A stretch of 64,000 nucleotides of DNA. Source: an uncultured delta proteobacterium. Its GTDB lineage: Bacteria > Desulfobacterota > Desulfuromonadia > Geobacterales > DSM-12255. The stretch spans positions 32,001 to 96,000 of the forward strand of contig CAWBBV010000012.1 of assembly GCA_963787125.1 (NCBI GenBank), read 5' to 3'. Shown piece by piece: positions 7,629 through 18,590 of this stretch. The translations under genes and the position numbers were made by a program. How positions within the stretch are numbered: the first letter of the stretch is position 1; every line of letters starts with the position of its first letter. The notes under the pieces were generated by a model. That model had not been told where the DNA came from. It did not search any database and saw nothing but the letters and a program-made list of their open reading frames with translations.

Positions 7629-10600
7629 ATGTTCAGGGCAGTTACCCTTGTTTCTATCCTTATCCTGTCAGTCATATTCAGCCAGACTGCTGTCTCTCCA
7701 GCTGTCGCACTGGTAAAGGAGCCTTCACCTGAGAGTAAACAGGAGGTCCTTCCCGGTAAGAAAGCTGTTGAAAGGTCAACTGCCGTCAAGGCTGCTCCTG
7801 TCAGGCCGGTTGCCATAAACCTGCGCTGTCCCGATGGACAGGCATGGAGTGACGAGATTGTTGCCAGAAGTGTCAATGTGTCGGTGGAAAGGCTCATGGC
7901 GCTGAAAATTGCCCGCTCCCTGACGAACGATCAGGTCTGCACGCTTCCGGATCCAATATTGAAACGCGCCTGGACCAAGCTGGAGACCGGCAAGGCAGGC
8001 TATCCCGATGCCTGGGCGGAGTTTCGCGACATGCAGCGGCGTAGCGACGACGGTAAGGTCAGGCAGGACGGCCTGATGAAAGGTTTTGAACACCGTAAGG
8101 CTGTCCTGAAGAAAATATCCGAGAAGAAAAAAGCGAAATCAGTCGGGAAATCAGACTCGTTGCCTCCAATCGTGCAGCTACCGGCAACCGATCCCTCCAT
8201 ATCAGCGGGGACGGTTATCGACATTCCAATTTCCGCCGTGGATACCGGTCTGGCCGGTATTGCCTCAAATCAATGGACAGAGATCGGGCCGGGAAACATT
8301 GGCGGTAGAATCAGAGCAATCCTTATTGATCCGGATAACACCGGCAGTATCTGGGTCGGTGGAGTAGCCGGTGGCATATTTCACAGTAGCAATTATGGGG
8401 CGTCTTTTAGTCCGGTGAACGATTTCATGGCAAACCTGGCCATCAGTAGCCTGGTTATGGATCCGGCCAACCACGATACCATGTACGCCGGCACCGGGGA
8501 GGGCTTTTTCAATGCGGACGGAGTGCACGGTTACGGTGTTTTCAAGTCTACCGACCGCGGCACTACCTGGAACTTCCTCACGGCAACCACTCCATCGACG
8601 AATATTGGCAACTACGCTTACGGCTGGTATTATGTGAATCGCCTTGCCATCTCCGGCAATGGTGCGACCCTCCTCGCTGCCACACGGGGAGGCTACTCAA
8701 ATTACGGCGGCAGTATCTACCGTTCGACCGACGGCGGCACTACCTGGAACCAGCGCTACTCGGCAGCCCGGATCCTGGATGTGCGCTTCGATCCGAACGA
8801 TCCGAACAAGGCGCTTGCCGCTTCAGAGAATTACAACACAAGTACGTCGCAATATGACAACTCCATCATCGCCTCAACCGACGCCGGACTGACCTGGACT
8901 GCAAAAAAGACCTTTTCGTCTGCCGCCACGATAAGAATCGAACTTGCCTATACCAAAGCCAATTCCCAGATTGTCTATGCCTCGGTCGACCAGAACAGCG
9001 GCGAGATCTGGAAATCCAGCGACGGCGGCACAACCTGGACACTGACTGCAACCCCGCAACATTTAGGGAACCAGGGGGGGTACGATAACACCATCTGGGT
9101 TGATCCGACTGACACAAATCATGTTGTCACTGCCGGACTCGATGTATACCGCTCCACAAACGGCGGCACGACCTTTACCAAGATCAGCAACTGGGGGAAC
9201 AACCAGTCTGATATCCGTTACGGCAGCGGCACTTCCCACACCCCCCATGCCGACCATCATGCCCTGGTCTCTGATCCAGGTTATAACGGAACAAGCAATC
9301 GATTACTCTATAACGGCAATGACGGCGGGCTTTACCGTGCGTCCGACGTTACCCTCGCCGGTCAGACCAGCGGCTGGGACGAGTTGAACAACGGCATCGG
9401 CCTGACCCAGTTCTACAGCGTTGCCGGGAAGAGTTCCGCCGGAACAACGATTGTCGGCGGTACTCAGGACAACGGCATGCTCTACAACGGCGGGCCGGGG
9501 ACGAACTGGAAAATGTTTCAGGGTGGGGACGGCGGCTTCGGCGCTGTGGATGCCACCAATGACAACTACCTCTACGGCGAGTATGTCTATCTGCAGATCG
9601 GCCGGTCGACAGACCGTGGCGCCAACTATGCCTACATTGACACTACCAATGTCTCTAGCAAGCTTACTGATGCCCGCGTCAGCACTAACGCCAATTTCAT
9701 CGCCCCTTTTATCCTGGATCCCAATGACAGCAACCGGATGCTGGCCGGAGGACTCTCCCTCTGGCAAAATATGGCAGTGCGGACAGGCGATTCCTGGACC
9801 GCGATCAAGGTCTCCACTGGGAGCAAGATAAGCGCAATAGCCGTAGCTGAGGGGAATCCCAATATCGCCTGGGTCGGGCACAATAACGGTGCTGTCTACC
9901 GGACAGCGAACAGTCTCAATGCCACCCCAACCTGGATCCAGGTCAGCAGCGGAACGAGCGGCACAACCCAGGGGAGGGTGGTCAATCGTGTCGTCATTGA
10001 CAGGGATGATGCAAATAAAGTTTATGTCTCTTACGGCGGCTACAATAACAATAACCTCTGGAGTACCACGGACAACGGTGCGACATGGACTGATCTGAAC
10101 TCGCCAGCCAGGGTCATACCGGCTGTGCCGATCTTTGCCGTTGCCCGCCACCCGTCAATGGCCAGCTGGCTCTATGCCGGCACCGAGGTCGGTCTCTTTA
10201 CCAGCCAGGACGGCGGCGGCACATGGTCTGCAACCAACGACGGCCCTGCCAACGTGGAGATCAGCGATCTTGTCTGGCGCAACAGCACAACCCTGATTGC
10301 CGCAACCCACGGCAGGGGTATATTCACTGCTACGGCAAGCAACCAGAGCGCCTCGGCTACGGCGCTTATCGCTAACAGCAACCCCTCGACCTACGGCCAG
10401 ACAGTTGCCTTTACCGCCACTGTCACCCCGGCAAGCGCCACCGGCACTGTAACCTTTATGGACGGCGCGACCTTCCTCGGAAGCGCTACCCTTGCCGGTG
10501 GCAGTGCTGTCTTCTCTACCGCCGGGCTTGGGAGCGGCAGTCACAGCATCACTGCTGTCTATGGTAGCGACAGCAGCTATTTCGGTTCCACCTCAGCGGC

Positions 10601-11141
10601 TCTCACCCAGACCATCAACCCGGCAACGCTGACTGTTACCGCTGATGCCCAGAGCAAATACTCCGGAGCATCTGACCCGATTCTTACCTATAGCGTCTCC
10701 GGTCTGGTCAATGGCGATACGCTGACGGTCATGGGGGGGAGCCTGTCCAGAGCTCCCGGCGAGACGGTCGGAACTTATGCCATCCTCAAGGGAAGTCTTA
10801 ACGCCGGCGCCAATTACACGATTACCTATGTTGCCGCAAATCTGACCATCACAGCACCACTGCTTGTCAGAGTGATGGTTACCGGGCAACCTGATGCCCA
10901 GTATGCCAGCCTTGCCGATGCTGTTGCTGCCGTGACTGTCGGCACGACAATATCAATGCAGCTCGTCGGCGGCGATATAATGGAGGGGCTCACCTTGTCG
11001 ACCGATGCAGTGCTCAATCTTGTTGGCGGCTATAACGCCGCCCTGACCCAGAAAACGGACGGTCTCTTCACCACCTTGCATGGCAGTTTGACAATCACAA
11101 GCGGCACGGTAAGTGTGAATAGTCTGGCTCTGGCGCCATAG
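7629..11141 (+). CDS. large secreted BNR/Asp-box beta-propeller protein with Ig-like and MBG-like domains
   Basis: Signal peptide, many SxDGGxTW Asp boxes, NPSTYGQTVAFTATV Ig-like repeat, ATLTVTADAQSK MBG-like domain. Confidence 0.85.
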   Translation: MFRAVTLVSILILSVIFSQTAVSPAVALVKEPSPESKQEVLPGKKAVERSTAVKAAPVRPVAINLRCPDGQAWSDEIVARSVNVSVERLMALKIARSLTNDQVCTLPDPILKRAWTKLETGKAGYPDAWAEFRDMQRRSDDGKVRQDGLMKGFEHRKAVLKKISEKKKAKSVGKSDSLPPIVQLPATDPSISAGTVIDIPISAVDTGLAGIASNQWTEIGPGNIGGRIRAILIDPDNTGSIWVGGVAGGIFHSSNYGASFSPVNDFMANLAISSLVMDPANHDTMYAGTGEGFFNADGVHGYGVFKSTDRGTTWNFLTATTPSTNIGNYAYGWYYVNRLAISGNGATLLAATRGGYSNYGGSIYRSTDGGTTWNQRYSAARILDVRFDPNDPNKALAASENYNTSTSQYDNSIIASTDAGLTWTAKKTFSSAATIRIELAYTKANSQIVYASVDQNSGEIWKSSDGGTTWTLTATPQHLGNQGGYDNTIWVDPTDTNHVVTAGLDVYRSTNGGTTFTKISNWGNNQSDIRYGSGTSHTPHADHHALVSDPGYNGTSNRLLYNGNDGGLYRASDVTLAGQTSGWDELNNGIGLTQFYSVAGKSSAGTTIVGGTQDNGMLYNGGPGTNWKMFQGGDGGFGAVDATNDNYLYGEYVYLQIGRSTDRGANYAYIDTTNVSSKLTDARVSTNANFIAPFILDPNDSNRMLAGGLSLWQNMAVRTGDSWTAIKVSTGSKISAIAVAEGNPNIAWVGHNNGAVYRTANSLNATPTWIQVSSGTSGTTQGRVVNRVVIDRDDANKVYVSYGGYNNNNLWSTTDNGATWTDLNSPARVIPAVPIFAVARHPSMASWLYAGTEVGLFTSQDGGGTWSATNDGPANVEISDLVWRNSTTLIAATHGRGIFTATASNQSASATALIANSNPSTYGQTVAFTATVTPASATGTVTFMDGATFLGSATLAGGSAVFSTAGLGSGSHSITAVYGSDSSYFGSTSAALTQTINPATLTVTADAQSKYSGASDPILTYSVSGLVNGDTLTVMGGSLSRAPGETVGTYAILKGSLNAGANYTITYVAANLTITAPLLVRVMVTGQPDAQYASLADAVAAVTVGTTISMQLVGGDIMEGLTLSTDAVLNLVGGYNAALTQKTDGLFTTLHGSLTITSGTVSVNSLALAP

Positions 11142-11303
11142 GAGCCTGTCGGACTTAGGATAAATCTGCTGCAAATCCGTCTGGACGGTCCATATTTCGC
11201 CGCTTTCTTGGTCAATAGAACAACTATTGACCTTCAAAATCGACAAAATCTGTCCTTGCCCAGCCGAATTTTCGCTTAGATTTCCTAAGTCCGACAGGCT
11301 CCT
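11140..11303. mobile_element. MITE-like element with 21-bp perfect terminal inverted repeats
   Basis: AGGAGCCTGTCGGACTTAGGA ... TCCTAAGTCCGACAGGCTCCT; central hairpin GGTCAATAG/CTATTGACC. Confidence 0.8.
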
Positions 11304-11313
11304 GATACAATTT

Positions 11314-12276
11314 TTAAGACAACGCGGCAAACTCCCATGCTGCCCCGGCAGCACCCATCAAGCCGGCATTATCTCCAAGTGCACCCCGGAGTAGCTTGAC
11401 TCTGGAGGCAGGCAGGGCAAAGGCTCTTTGTTCCAGCTCTTTGCTGATTGCCGGGGCAAGCAGGTCAAAACTTGCCGCAACGCCACCCCCCAGGATTATG
11501 GCCTCCAGATTCAGCATATTTGCCGCTGTTGCTGCGGCAATACCGAGATAACGTCCCGCTTCATGGAAGCATTCGACGGCCAGGATATCGCCACTGGCAG
11601 CAGCTGCTGCGATAACTGCAGTTGTTAGCGACTCCCTAGGTGTTTCACTCAAACAGCTTTCAGCCCCTGCCGCTAGTTTCGCTTTTGCCAATCTTGTAAT
11701 GGCGGTGGCGGATGCGTACTGCTCAAGGCAGCCGTGATTGCCGCATTGGCAAAGGTGCCCCTGGGGTTCAACTGTTGCGTGGCCGTATTCTGCGGCAACG
11801 CCATCTTTTCCCGTCCAGAGTTTGCCGTCAAGAATCAGGCCGCTACCGACGCCGGTACCGAGAGTAAAATGCAATAGCGAGCTGAAATTTCTACCTGCGC
11901 CGTAATGCTGCTCGGCAACTGCAGCGGCGTTGGCGTCATTATGAATGACAACCGGTCGTCCCGAGAGGTTTTCCAGCCATTGCCGCAGATTGAAGCCTTC
12001 AATCGGTTTGAGGTTTACTGATGAGATTATTTCGCCGGCACGATTAATAAGCCCCGGAACGCCGGCGCCGACGGCAATTATTTCCTGGCCTGACTCTGCC
12101 GCCAGGCGGTTGATGGTTGTATATTCTGATTTGATGGTGGCAAGAAAAGCGTTTAACCCTGCATTGGTCTGACTGTCGAATTTGGATCTGGCCGTAACTG
12201 TGCCGTTTTTTGCCACTAACGCCAGACGGATATTGGTGCCACCGATATCCATAGCAAGGACTGCCAGGTTTTTCAT
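11314..12276 (-). CDS. glk: ROK-family glucokinase
   Basis: DIGGT, NDANAAA, TLGTGVG, EYGH and CQCGNHGCLE motifs. Confidence 0.9.
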   Translation of the reverse strand: MKNLAVLAMDIGGTNIRLALVAKNGTVTARSKFDSQTNAGLNAFLATIKSEYTTINRLAAESGQEIIAVGAGVPGLINRAGEIISSVNLKPIEGFNLRQWLENLSGRPVVIHNDANAAAVAEQHYGAGRNFSSLLHFTLGTGVGSGLILDGKLWTGKDGVAAEYGHATVEPQGHLCQCGNHGCLEQYASATAITRLAKAKLAAGAESCLSETPRESLTTAVIAAAAASGDILAVECFHEAGRYLGIAAATAANMLNLEAIILGGGVAASFDLLAPAISKELEQRAFALPASRVKLLRGALGDNAGLMGAAGAAWEFAALS

Positions 12277-12464
12277 GTTTTGCACTCCTAAAAAATTATT
12301 CAGTGCTTAATGTAATAATGTTATATGGCTAACGGCTTGGAAAGTTTGAGCAATAAATCTGGTGTGATATTATTAACCAGGCAGCGCTGTTTTACAACAG
12401 GTTGCAACAGGAGCGATTAAGCTGGCAAGAGTAGAATGGGGGTATATTTTTACTTATAATAAAC

Positions 12465-12493
12465 TTGACATGCCTAAGTGATGGGGCTAATCT
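12465..12493 (+). promoter_or_regulatory. sigma70-type promoter for maeB
   Basis: TTGACA-17bp-TAATCT. Confidence 0.55.
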
Positions 12494-12592
12494 GGTAAAA
12501 ATCGAATCAATCTAGCTTATGTGTGAAAAAGTTATCTGATGTCAATAACTTAAATTTTAACGCAGCTAAAAAACCAGAAGGAGATATCTGAA

Positions 12593-14848
12593 ATGGGAAA
12601 AAAGATGGATGCGCTTGAATATCATTCCATGGGGCGCAAAGGGAAGATAGAAGTTATCGCTACAAAGCCTTGTCAGACAGCACGTGATCTCTCGCTTGCC
12701 TACTCTCCCGGTGTTGCCGAACCTTGCCTCGCTATTCAGAAAAACCCCGCGGATGCCTACAAGTACACTGCCAAGGGAAACCTTGTGGCGGTTGTCTCCA
12801 ACGGGACCGCAGTTCTTGGCCTTGGTAACCTGGGGGCCCTGGCCGGCAAGCCGGTTATGGAGGGGAAAGGGGTTCTCTTTAAGCGCTTTGCCGATATCGA
12901 TGTTTTCGACATCGAACTGGACACCGAAAACCCCGATGAGATCATCAAGGCGTGCCAGCTTCTTGAGCCGACCTTCGGCGGTATTAATCTTGAGGATATC
13001 AAGGCTCCGGAATGTTTCTATATTGAAGAAGAACTGAAGCGGACCATGAATATTCCGGTTTTTCATGACGATCAGCACGGTACCGCCATTATCTGTTCCG
13101 CCGCGCTCCTCAATGCGCTTCATATTGTCGGCAAGAAAATTGAGGATATACGTATCGTTGTTAACGGTGCCGGCGCCTCGGCCAACTCCTGTGCCAAACT
13201 GGCGATAGCGCTTGGAGTCCAACCTAATAATATGATCATGTGTGACACCAAAGGGGTTATCTACAAAGGTCGTGTTGAAGGGATGAATCCTTACAAGGCG
13301 CTCTTTGCGGCAGACACCCATTTCCGTACCCTGGATGAAGCCGCAGCCGGAGCTGACGTTCTTTTCGGCCTTTCGGCCAAAGATGCCTTTACGCCGGAGA
13401 TGGTTGCCAGCATGGCGCCTGATCCGATCATCTTTGCCATGGCCAATCCTGACCCTGAAATCACCCCCGAGGTTGCCCATGCCGTCCGCAAGGATGTCAT
13501 TATTGCCACCGGCCGCTCAGATTATCCCAACCAGGTCAATAACGTTCTCGGTTTCCCCTTTATCTTCCGTGGCGCCCTCGATGTTCATGCCAGCTCCATC
13601 AATGAAGAGATGAAACTGGCCGCAGTCAAGGCTATTGCCAGTCTTGCCCGTGAAGAGGTGCCTGACTCTGTCTGCAAGGCCTACGGTAATGTCAAGTTCA
13701 CCTTTGGCCGTGATTATATTATCCCGAAACCGTTTGATTCCCGGGTTCTGCTCCACGTTGCCCCGGCAATTGCCCAGGCAGCCATGGACAGCGGGGTTGC
13801 CCGTCAGCCGATTGAGGATATGGAAAAGTATATTGAGCATCTTGAATCCACCCAGGGTAAATCAAAAGAGATAACCCGTCAGATCATCAACAAGGCCAAA
13901 GCTGACCCGAAAAGGATTGTTTTCCCTGAAGGGGATAACGAAAAGATCCTCCGCGCAGCCAAGGAGCTGATTGAGGAAGGAATAGCCATTCCTATTCTCG
14001 TCGGCAATGAAGAGAAGATCCGTTCAGCCATGGTTGAGCTCGGACTGGACCTTAACGGAGTCTCAATAATAGATCCGGCTACCTATGAAAAATCCGATGA
14101 GTATGCCGCAGAGCTTTTCCGTCTTCGCCAGAGGAAAGGTCTGACCTTGTCAGAAGCAAAAAGGCTTATTACCAGGAAGTCCCGTACTCATTTCGGTTGC
14201 ATGATGGTGCGCCAGGGTGATGCGGACACGCTTCTTTCCGGGATTGATACCCATTATCCCGAAACCATTCGGCCGGCCCTCGAAGTCATCGGTAAGAAAG
14301 AGGGGCTTTCCAGTGTTCACGGCCTTTATATGATGGTGTTCAAGAACAGGGTTGTGCTGATGGCTGATACGACAGTTTGTATCGATCCTACCCCTGAAGA
14401 GCTTGCCGAGACTGCCATACTGGCAGCTGAAAAGGCGAAAATGCTCGATATTGAGCCGACTGTGGCGATGCTTTCTTTCTCCAACTTCGGTTCGGTTAAT
14501 CACCCGTTGACAACAAAAGTAAAAAAGGCTGTGGAAATTGTCAAGAAGCGGGCTCCGGAGCTGATAGTTGATGGGGAGATGCAGGCGGATACGGCGGTCG
14601 TTACTGAAATACTCCAGAAGAGTTTCCCGTTTGCGTCACTCAAAGAGGCGGCAAACATTATGGTTTTCCCTGACCTTAACTCCGGTAATATCTGTTACAA
14701 ACTGCTTCACCATCTTGGCGAAGCAGAGGCTATCGGCCCGATTCTTATGGGAATGAACAAGCCGGTTCATGTTCTTCAGCGCGGTGATGATGTGAACGAT
14801 ATCATCAATATGGCGGCATTAGCTGTTGTGGATGCGCAAAACTGTTAG
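12593..14848 (+). CDS. maeB: NADP-dependent malic enzyme with PTA-like domain
   Basis: [17 protein letters not shown] and [11 protein letters not shown] motifs; C-terminal DGEMQAD. Confidence 0.97.
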   Translation: MGKKMDALEYHSMGRKGKIEVIATKPCQTARDLSLAYSPGVAEPCLAIQKNPADAYKYTAKGNLVAVVSNGTAVLGLGNLGALAGKPVMEGKGVLFKRFADIDVFDIELDTENPDEIIKACQLLEPTFGGINLEDIKAPECFYIEEELKRTMNIPVFHDDQHGTAIICSAALLNALHIVGKKIEDIRIVVNGAGASANSCAKLAIALGVQPNNMIMCDTKGVIYKGRVEGMNPYKALFAADTHFRTLDEAAAGADVLFGLSAKDAFTPEMVASMAPDPIIFAMANPDPEITPEVAHAVRKDVIIATGRSDYPNQVNNVLGFPFIFRGALDVHASSINEEMKLAAVKAIASLAREEVPDSVCKAYGNVKFTFGRDYIIPKPFDSRVLLHVAPAIAQAAMDSGVARQPIEDMEKYIEHLESTQGKSKEITRQIINKAKADPKRIVFPEGDNEKILRAAKELIEEGIAIPILVGNEEKIRSAMVELGLDLNGVSIIDPATYEKSDEYAAELFRLRQRKGLTLSEAKRLITRKSRTHFGCMMVRQGDADTLLSGIDTHYPETIRPALEVIGKKEGLSSVHGLYMMVFKNRVVLMADTTVCIDPTPEELAETAILAAEKAKMLDIEPTVAMLSFSNFGSVNHPLTTKVKKAVEIVKKRAPELIVDGEMQADTAVVTEILQKSFPFASLKEAANIMVFPDLNSGNICYKLLHHLGEAEAIGPILMGMNKPVHVLQRGDDVNDIINMAALAVVDAQNC

Positions 14849-14868
14849 GATAGCTTGTATTTAGGCAT

Positions 14869-14905
14869 AAAAAAAGCCCGGCAGATTATCTGCCGGGCTT
14901 TTTTT
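14869..14905. terminator. bidirectional intrinsic terminator
   Basis: A7-GCCCGGCAGA-TTA-TCTGCCGGGC-T7 between convergent genes. Confidence 0.9.
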
Positions 14906-16465
14906 CTACTGGACAGTCGCCGTTTTCTCCCGCCTCTTTTTCAGCAGGATCATGTTGATGACAATCAGACAAACCGTGCTGCACCCCAAAGCGAAAACAT
15001 CTCCGAATCTTGTATAAAGCGTCCTCTCAACACCCATTCTGATATTGCCGGTAAGCAGGGTTTCGCGGAAGAGCCTGGACATCCCCTGGATATGGCCACG
15101 ACTGTCAATAAAGGCCGTTATGCCAGTATTGGCGGATCTTACCAATGGCACTCTGTTTTCAACCGCTCTAAAGACAGTCATGGAAAGGTGCTGGTAAGGT
15201 GCGGATGAATCCCCGAACCAGGCGTCGTTAGTGATGTTAACCAGCAGTCCGGCACCGTTGCGCACGTATTCTCTTGATATTTCCGGGAAGATCCCTTCAA
15301 AACAGATAAGTAGCCCCAGCTTGCCAAAGGGTGCGCTAAGAGGAGCGACACTTTTTCCCGGGGAAAAGTCACCTATCCCCTGCACCATCTTTTTAACAAA
15401 AGGGAGGAGATTTGCCAGCGGAACGTACTCACCAAAAGGAACAAGGTGAATCTTGTCCGACCTCCCGACTGTTGTGCCGTCAGGAGCGATAAGAAAACCG
15501 CTGTTGAGAAGCCTCTCCTTGCCGTTTTCATACTCTAAAGCCGGGCTGCTGACAACCAGATAGGAATTAAGCTCCCTGGCAAGAGAACTGATCCTTTTAG
15601 AGTATTCCAGCTCTTTCTGAAAAAAGAACGGCAGTGAGCTCTCCGGCCAGACGACCAGATCGGTGGCTGTCCCCAAACTCTTCCGGGAAAGTCGCTCGTA
15701 GATTGCCACTGTCTCTTCCTGAAAGGCAGGATCCCACTTGACATCCTGGGGTATATTCCCCTGGGCAAGGCTGACCCTAAGTTCTTTACCGGTTTCTTCA
15801 CGGTTAAGGGTGATAAAGCCGTATGCGATGGTTATAAGCAGTAAAGGTATTGCTGCCGCAGTTGCCAGAAAAGGGTAGGTTGCGCCGTCTTTCCCTCTGA
15901 CCCATCTCCAGAGTTGATAGAGAAAGAGATTAACCGTCAGGATCAAAAAGGAGACGCCGTAAACACCGGTTATGTCGGCAATCTGGATAATTGGAAGTGT
16001 CCGGAATTGGGTATAGCCCAGCGCAGCCCAAGGGAAGCCGGTGAGCAGGTGTGCCCTTGAAAATTCCAGTGCCACCCAGATAAAAGGAAAAGTCAGTAAC
16101 GCAGGGACGGAGTGTTCTTCGGCAAAACGACTCAGACCGGCAGCTGCAGCAAGATAGAGGGCAAGATATGCTGCCATTAACATGGTTAAACAGAAGCTTA
16201 CCGGTAGCGGAAGTTTCCCGTAAGTTGTCATGACGATATTAAGCCAGTAAAAAATACCGCAATAGGCAACAAAGCCGGAGATAAAGCCGAGTTTGAAGGA
16301 GCTCTTTGGCGACTTGCCCCTTATTGCATAAAAAAGCGGGAGAAAAGCAACCCAGGCAAGGATAGACAGTCCCGGTTTTGGAAAGGAGAGAGCCAGGAGT
16401 ACGCCTGAAAGTGAAGCGCAAACCCAGGGGCTGAGTGGGGTTATTTTAGAAAGGAGACTGTTCAC
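14906..16465 (-). CDS. lnt: apolipoprotein N-acyltransferase
   Basis: [19 protein letters not shown] and ICFE motifs. Confidence 0.95.
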   Translation of the reverse strand: MNSLLSKITPLSPWVCASLSGVLLALSFPKPGLSILAWVAFLPLFYAIRGKSPKSSFKLGFISGFVAYCGIFYWLNIVMTTYGKLPLPVSFCLTMLMAAYLALYLAAAAGLSRFAEEHSVPALLTFPFIWVALEFSRAHLLTGFPWAALGYTQFRTLPIIQIADITGVYGVSFLILTVNLFLYQLWRWVRGKDGATYPFLATAAAIPLLLITIAYGFITLNREETGKELRVSLAQGNIPQDVKWDPAFQEETVAIYERLSRKSLGTATDLVVWPESSLPFFFQKELEYSKRISSLARELNSYLVVSSPALEYENGKERLLNSGFLIAPDGTTVGRSDKIHLVPFGEYVPLANLLPFVKKMVQGIGDFSPGKSVAPLSAPFGKLGLLICFEGIFPEISREYVRNGAGLLVNITNDAWFGDSSAPYQHLSMTVFRAVENRVPLVRSANTGITAFIDSRGHIQGMSRLFRETLLTGNIRMGVERTLYTRFGDVFALGCSTVCLIVINMILLKKRREKTATVQ

Positions 16466-17322
16466 TACTCCTGTACCGGTTCCAGGGATGATTCTATAAC
16501 TCTTTCGGCACGCAGTTTGCCGATGCGGCGCTCGCCTGCAGACAGGACCGTCAGACGGATACCGTTTGAAACAATATTATCGCCGGCTTTTGGAACACGA
16601 CCAAATAGGTAAAAAATCAGGCCTCCTAAAGTATCGAATTTCTCCCGTTCGACTTCGATCTCAAATAGTTCTTCAAACTCTTCAATCGGTAATCTTGCAT
16701 CAACTACAGTCGATCCGTCAGGCTGCAGTTGAATCAGTTCTTCTTCAATATCGTGTTCATCCTGAATATCTCCGACAATCTGCTCCAGAAGATCCTCAAT
16801 TGTTATAAGACCGGAAGTCCCACCATATTCGTCGATAACAATGGCTATATGGACACGACGCTTCTTGAATTCTTGCAGCAGGTTTTCCAGCTTCTTGGTT
16901 TCAGGCACGTAAAACGGCTGGCGGGCGATCTTTCTGATGTCAAGCCCCGGAGAATCCATTCTCCAGTGTTTGAGAAGGTCCTTTGCATACAGTACACCGG
17001 TGATGTTGTCCACCGTACCCTCATAAACAGGGATTCTCGAGTGGCCACATTCAATGATGGTTGCGATCAGTTCATCGGTAGAAACATCAACAGGAATACA
17101 CGCCATGTCAGTTCGGGGAACCATGACTTCGCGGACAACAGTCTCACCAAGGGCGAAGATGGCCTTGATCATCTCACTCTCTTCCTCGTTGATAAGCCCC
17201 TCTTCCTCACTGGCCTCCATCAGTTCGTGAAGCTCTTCCTCCGTAACCTTTTTACGGCTCGAAAAAAGCTTGGCTAAACCGCTGAAAATACCTGATTTTC
17301 TGTTCGAAAAGTCGTTGTCCAC
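16465..17322 (-). CDS. corC: CBS/CorC-HlyC transporter-associated protein
   Basis: MVPRTDM, HSRIPVY and [15 protein letters not shown] motifs. Confidence 0.9.
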   Translation of the reverse strand: MDNDFSNRKSGIFSGLAKLFSSRKKVTEEELHELMEASEEEGLINEEESEMIKAIFALGETVVREVMVPRTDMACIPVDVSTDELIATIIECGHSRIPVYEGTVDNITGVLYAKDLLKHWRMDSPGLDIRKIARQPFYVPETKKLENLLQEFKKRRVHIAIVIDEYGGTSGLITIEDLLEQIVGDIQDEHDIEEELIQLQPDGSTVVDARLPIEEFEELFEIEVEREKFDTLGGLIFYLFGRVPKAGDNIVSNGIRLTVLSAGERRIGKLRAERVIESSLEPVQE

Positions 17323-17408
17323 CTTTACAGCTACCCCCGAATATATTTAAATTCCCTTCGACTCCGCTCGAAAAACAGACTTGCAGCATAGCTGCTTATC
17401 AGGCGTTC

Positions 17409-18116
17409 CTATGCAAACCATTTAAAAAGAAGAGTTACCAGCAGCGTAATTGTGAAACCTGTGACAGCTCCGAGAATAATCTCCTTCAGAGTATGAATAT
17501 GCAAGAGGAGCCTTGAATGGCTCACCATGATTGCCAGCGTGATGGTCAGCAGTGAAATGATCGGATCCTGGGTTGAGAGCGTCACCAGAGTGGCAATGGA
17601 AAAGGCTACGGCAGCGTGACCGCTGATAAAGCCGCCGTGAAAAGGGGTGCCTTTGCCGGACAGGGTTTTCAGCATGACAGCGGCTATAATCACGACAAGC
17701 AGCGACACAAGTGCTGCCATCTCGGCCGGAGTTCCAATCATGGCAAGAAGCTCCTTGTAAACAGGGAATATGTAGGACGATAGTATCAGATAACCGGTAA
17801 CAAGAGCACCTACAACTGAGAGCAACACACTTCCTGCTGCGACATCTTTGGCAATTTTGGCCATGGGATGAAATTCAGTGGTAACGAGGTCAACAACTGC
17901 TTCTATGGCGGTATTCATCATTTCAGCAAAAAGTACAAACGAGATTGAAATGGCGAGCAGGATGAATTCAACCGGAGAAACTTTTAAAAAGAGCGCACAA
18001 AGAAGCACAACCGCCGCGAAGATAAAGTGATTTCTCATATGCCTTTCGCTGCGGGCTGTATGGAGAACACCATCAATGGCGCAGTTAAGTGAATCTATGA
18101 ATCTTGAAGGTTTCAT
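17409..18116 (-). CDS. dgkA: diacylglycerol kinase fused to a PAP2-like domain
   Basis: EMMNTAIEAVVD..AKDVAAG; C-terminal SGH..SR..H. Confidence 0.88.
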   Translation of the reverse strand: MKPSRFIDSLNCAIDGVLHTARSERHMRNHFIFAAVVLLCALFLKVSPVEFILLAISISFVLFAEMMNTAIEAVVDLVTTEFHPMAKIAKDVAAGSVLLSVVGALVTGYLILSSYIFPVYKELLAMIGTPAEMAALVSLLVVIIAAVMLKTLSGKGTPFHGGFISGHAAVAFSIATLVTLSTQDPIISLLTITLAIMVSHSRLLLHIHTLKEIILGAVTGFTITLLVTLLFKWFA

Positions 18117-18137
18117 AAAATTACGCTATCCGCCGGA

Positions 18138-18590
18138 TCAGAGCAGCCCTTCGTTCGCAAGTGAAGCAAATATTTCTGCTTCTTTTGCCTCCATTCGCTG
18201 CGCTTCTTCCTCTCCAGAGCGTTCGTGGTCATAGCCGGTCAGGTGAAGAATGCCGTGAAGCAGCAGGAACACAAGTCTTTCGTGAAAAGAGATGCCGCCT
18301 TCGTCGGCTTCCTTGGCGGCTGTATCGGCAGATATGACGACATCTCCAAGCAGTTCCGGATTCATTGCGCCAAATTCGCCCTCCTGCATGGAAAAAGAGA
18401 TTACGTTTGTCGGGCGATCTTTATGAAGGTATTCCCTGTTCAAAACTCTCATTGTCCTGTCACCAACAATTGACACGGAAAGTTCGCTAGAAGTACATCC
18501 CAAGTCGCTTAAGATCTTCGCAGCTGCCGCTCTTACCCTCAGGGTCGCAACTTTCCGGCGTCTTTGGCGGTTCATGATCGCAATGTTCAT
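18138..18590 (-). CDS. ybeY: rRNA maturation RNase YbeY
   Basis: HGILHLTGYDH motif. Confidence 0.95.
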   Translation of the reverse strand: MNIAIMNRQRRRKVATLRVRAAAAKILSDLGCTSSELSVSIVGDRTMRVLNREYLHKDRPTNVISFSMQEGEFGAMNPELLGDVVISADTAAKEADEGGISFHERLVFLLLHGILHLTGYDHERSGEEEAQRMEAKEAEIFASLANEGLL

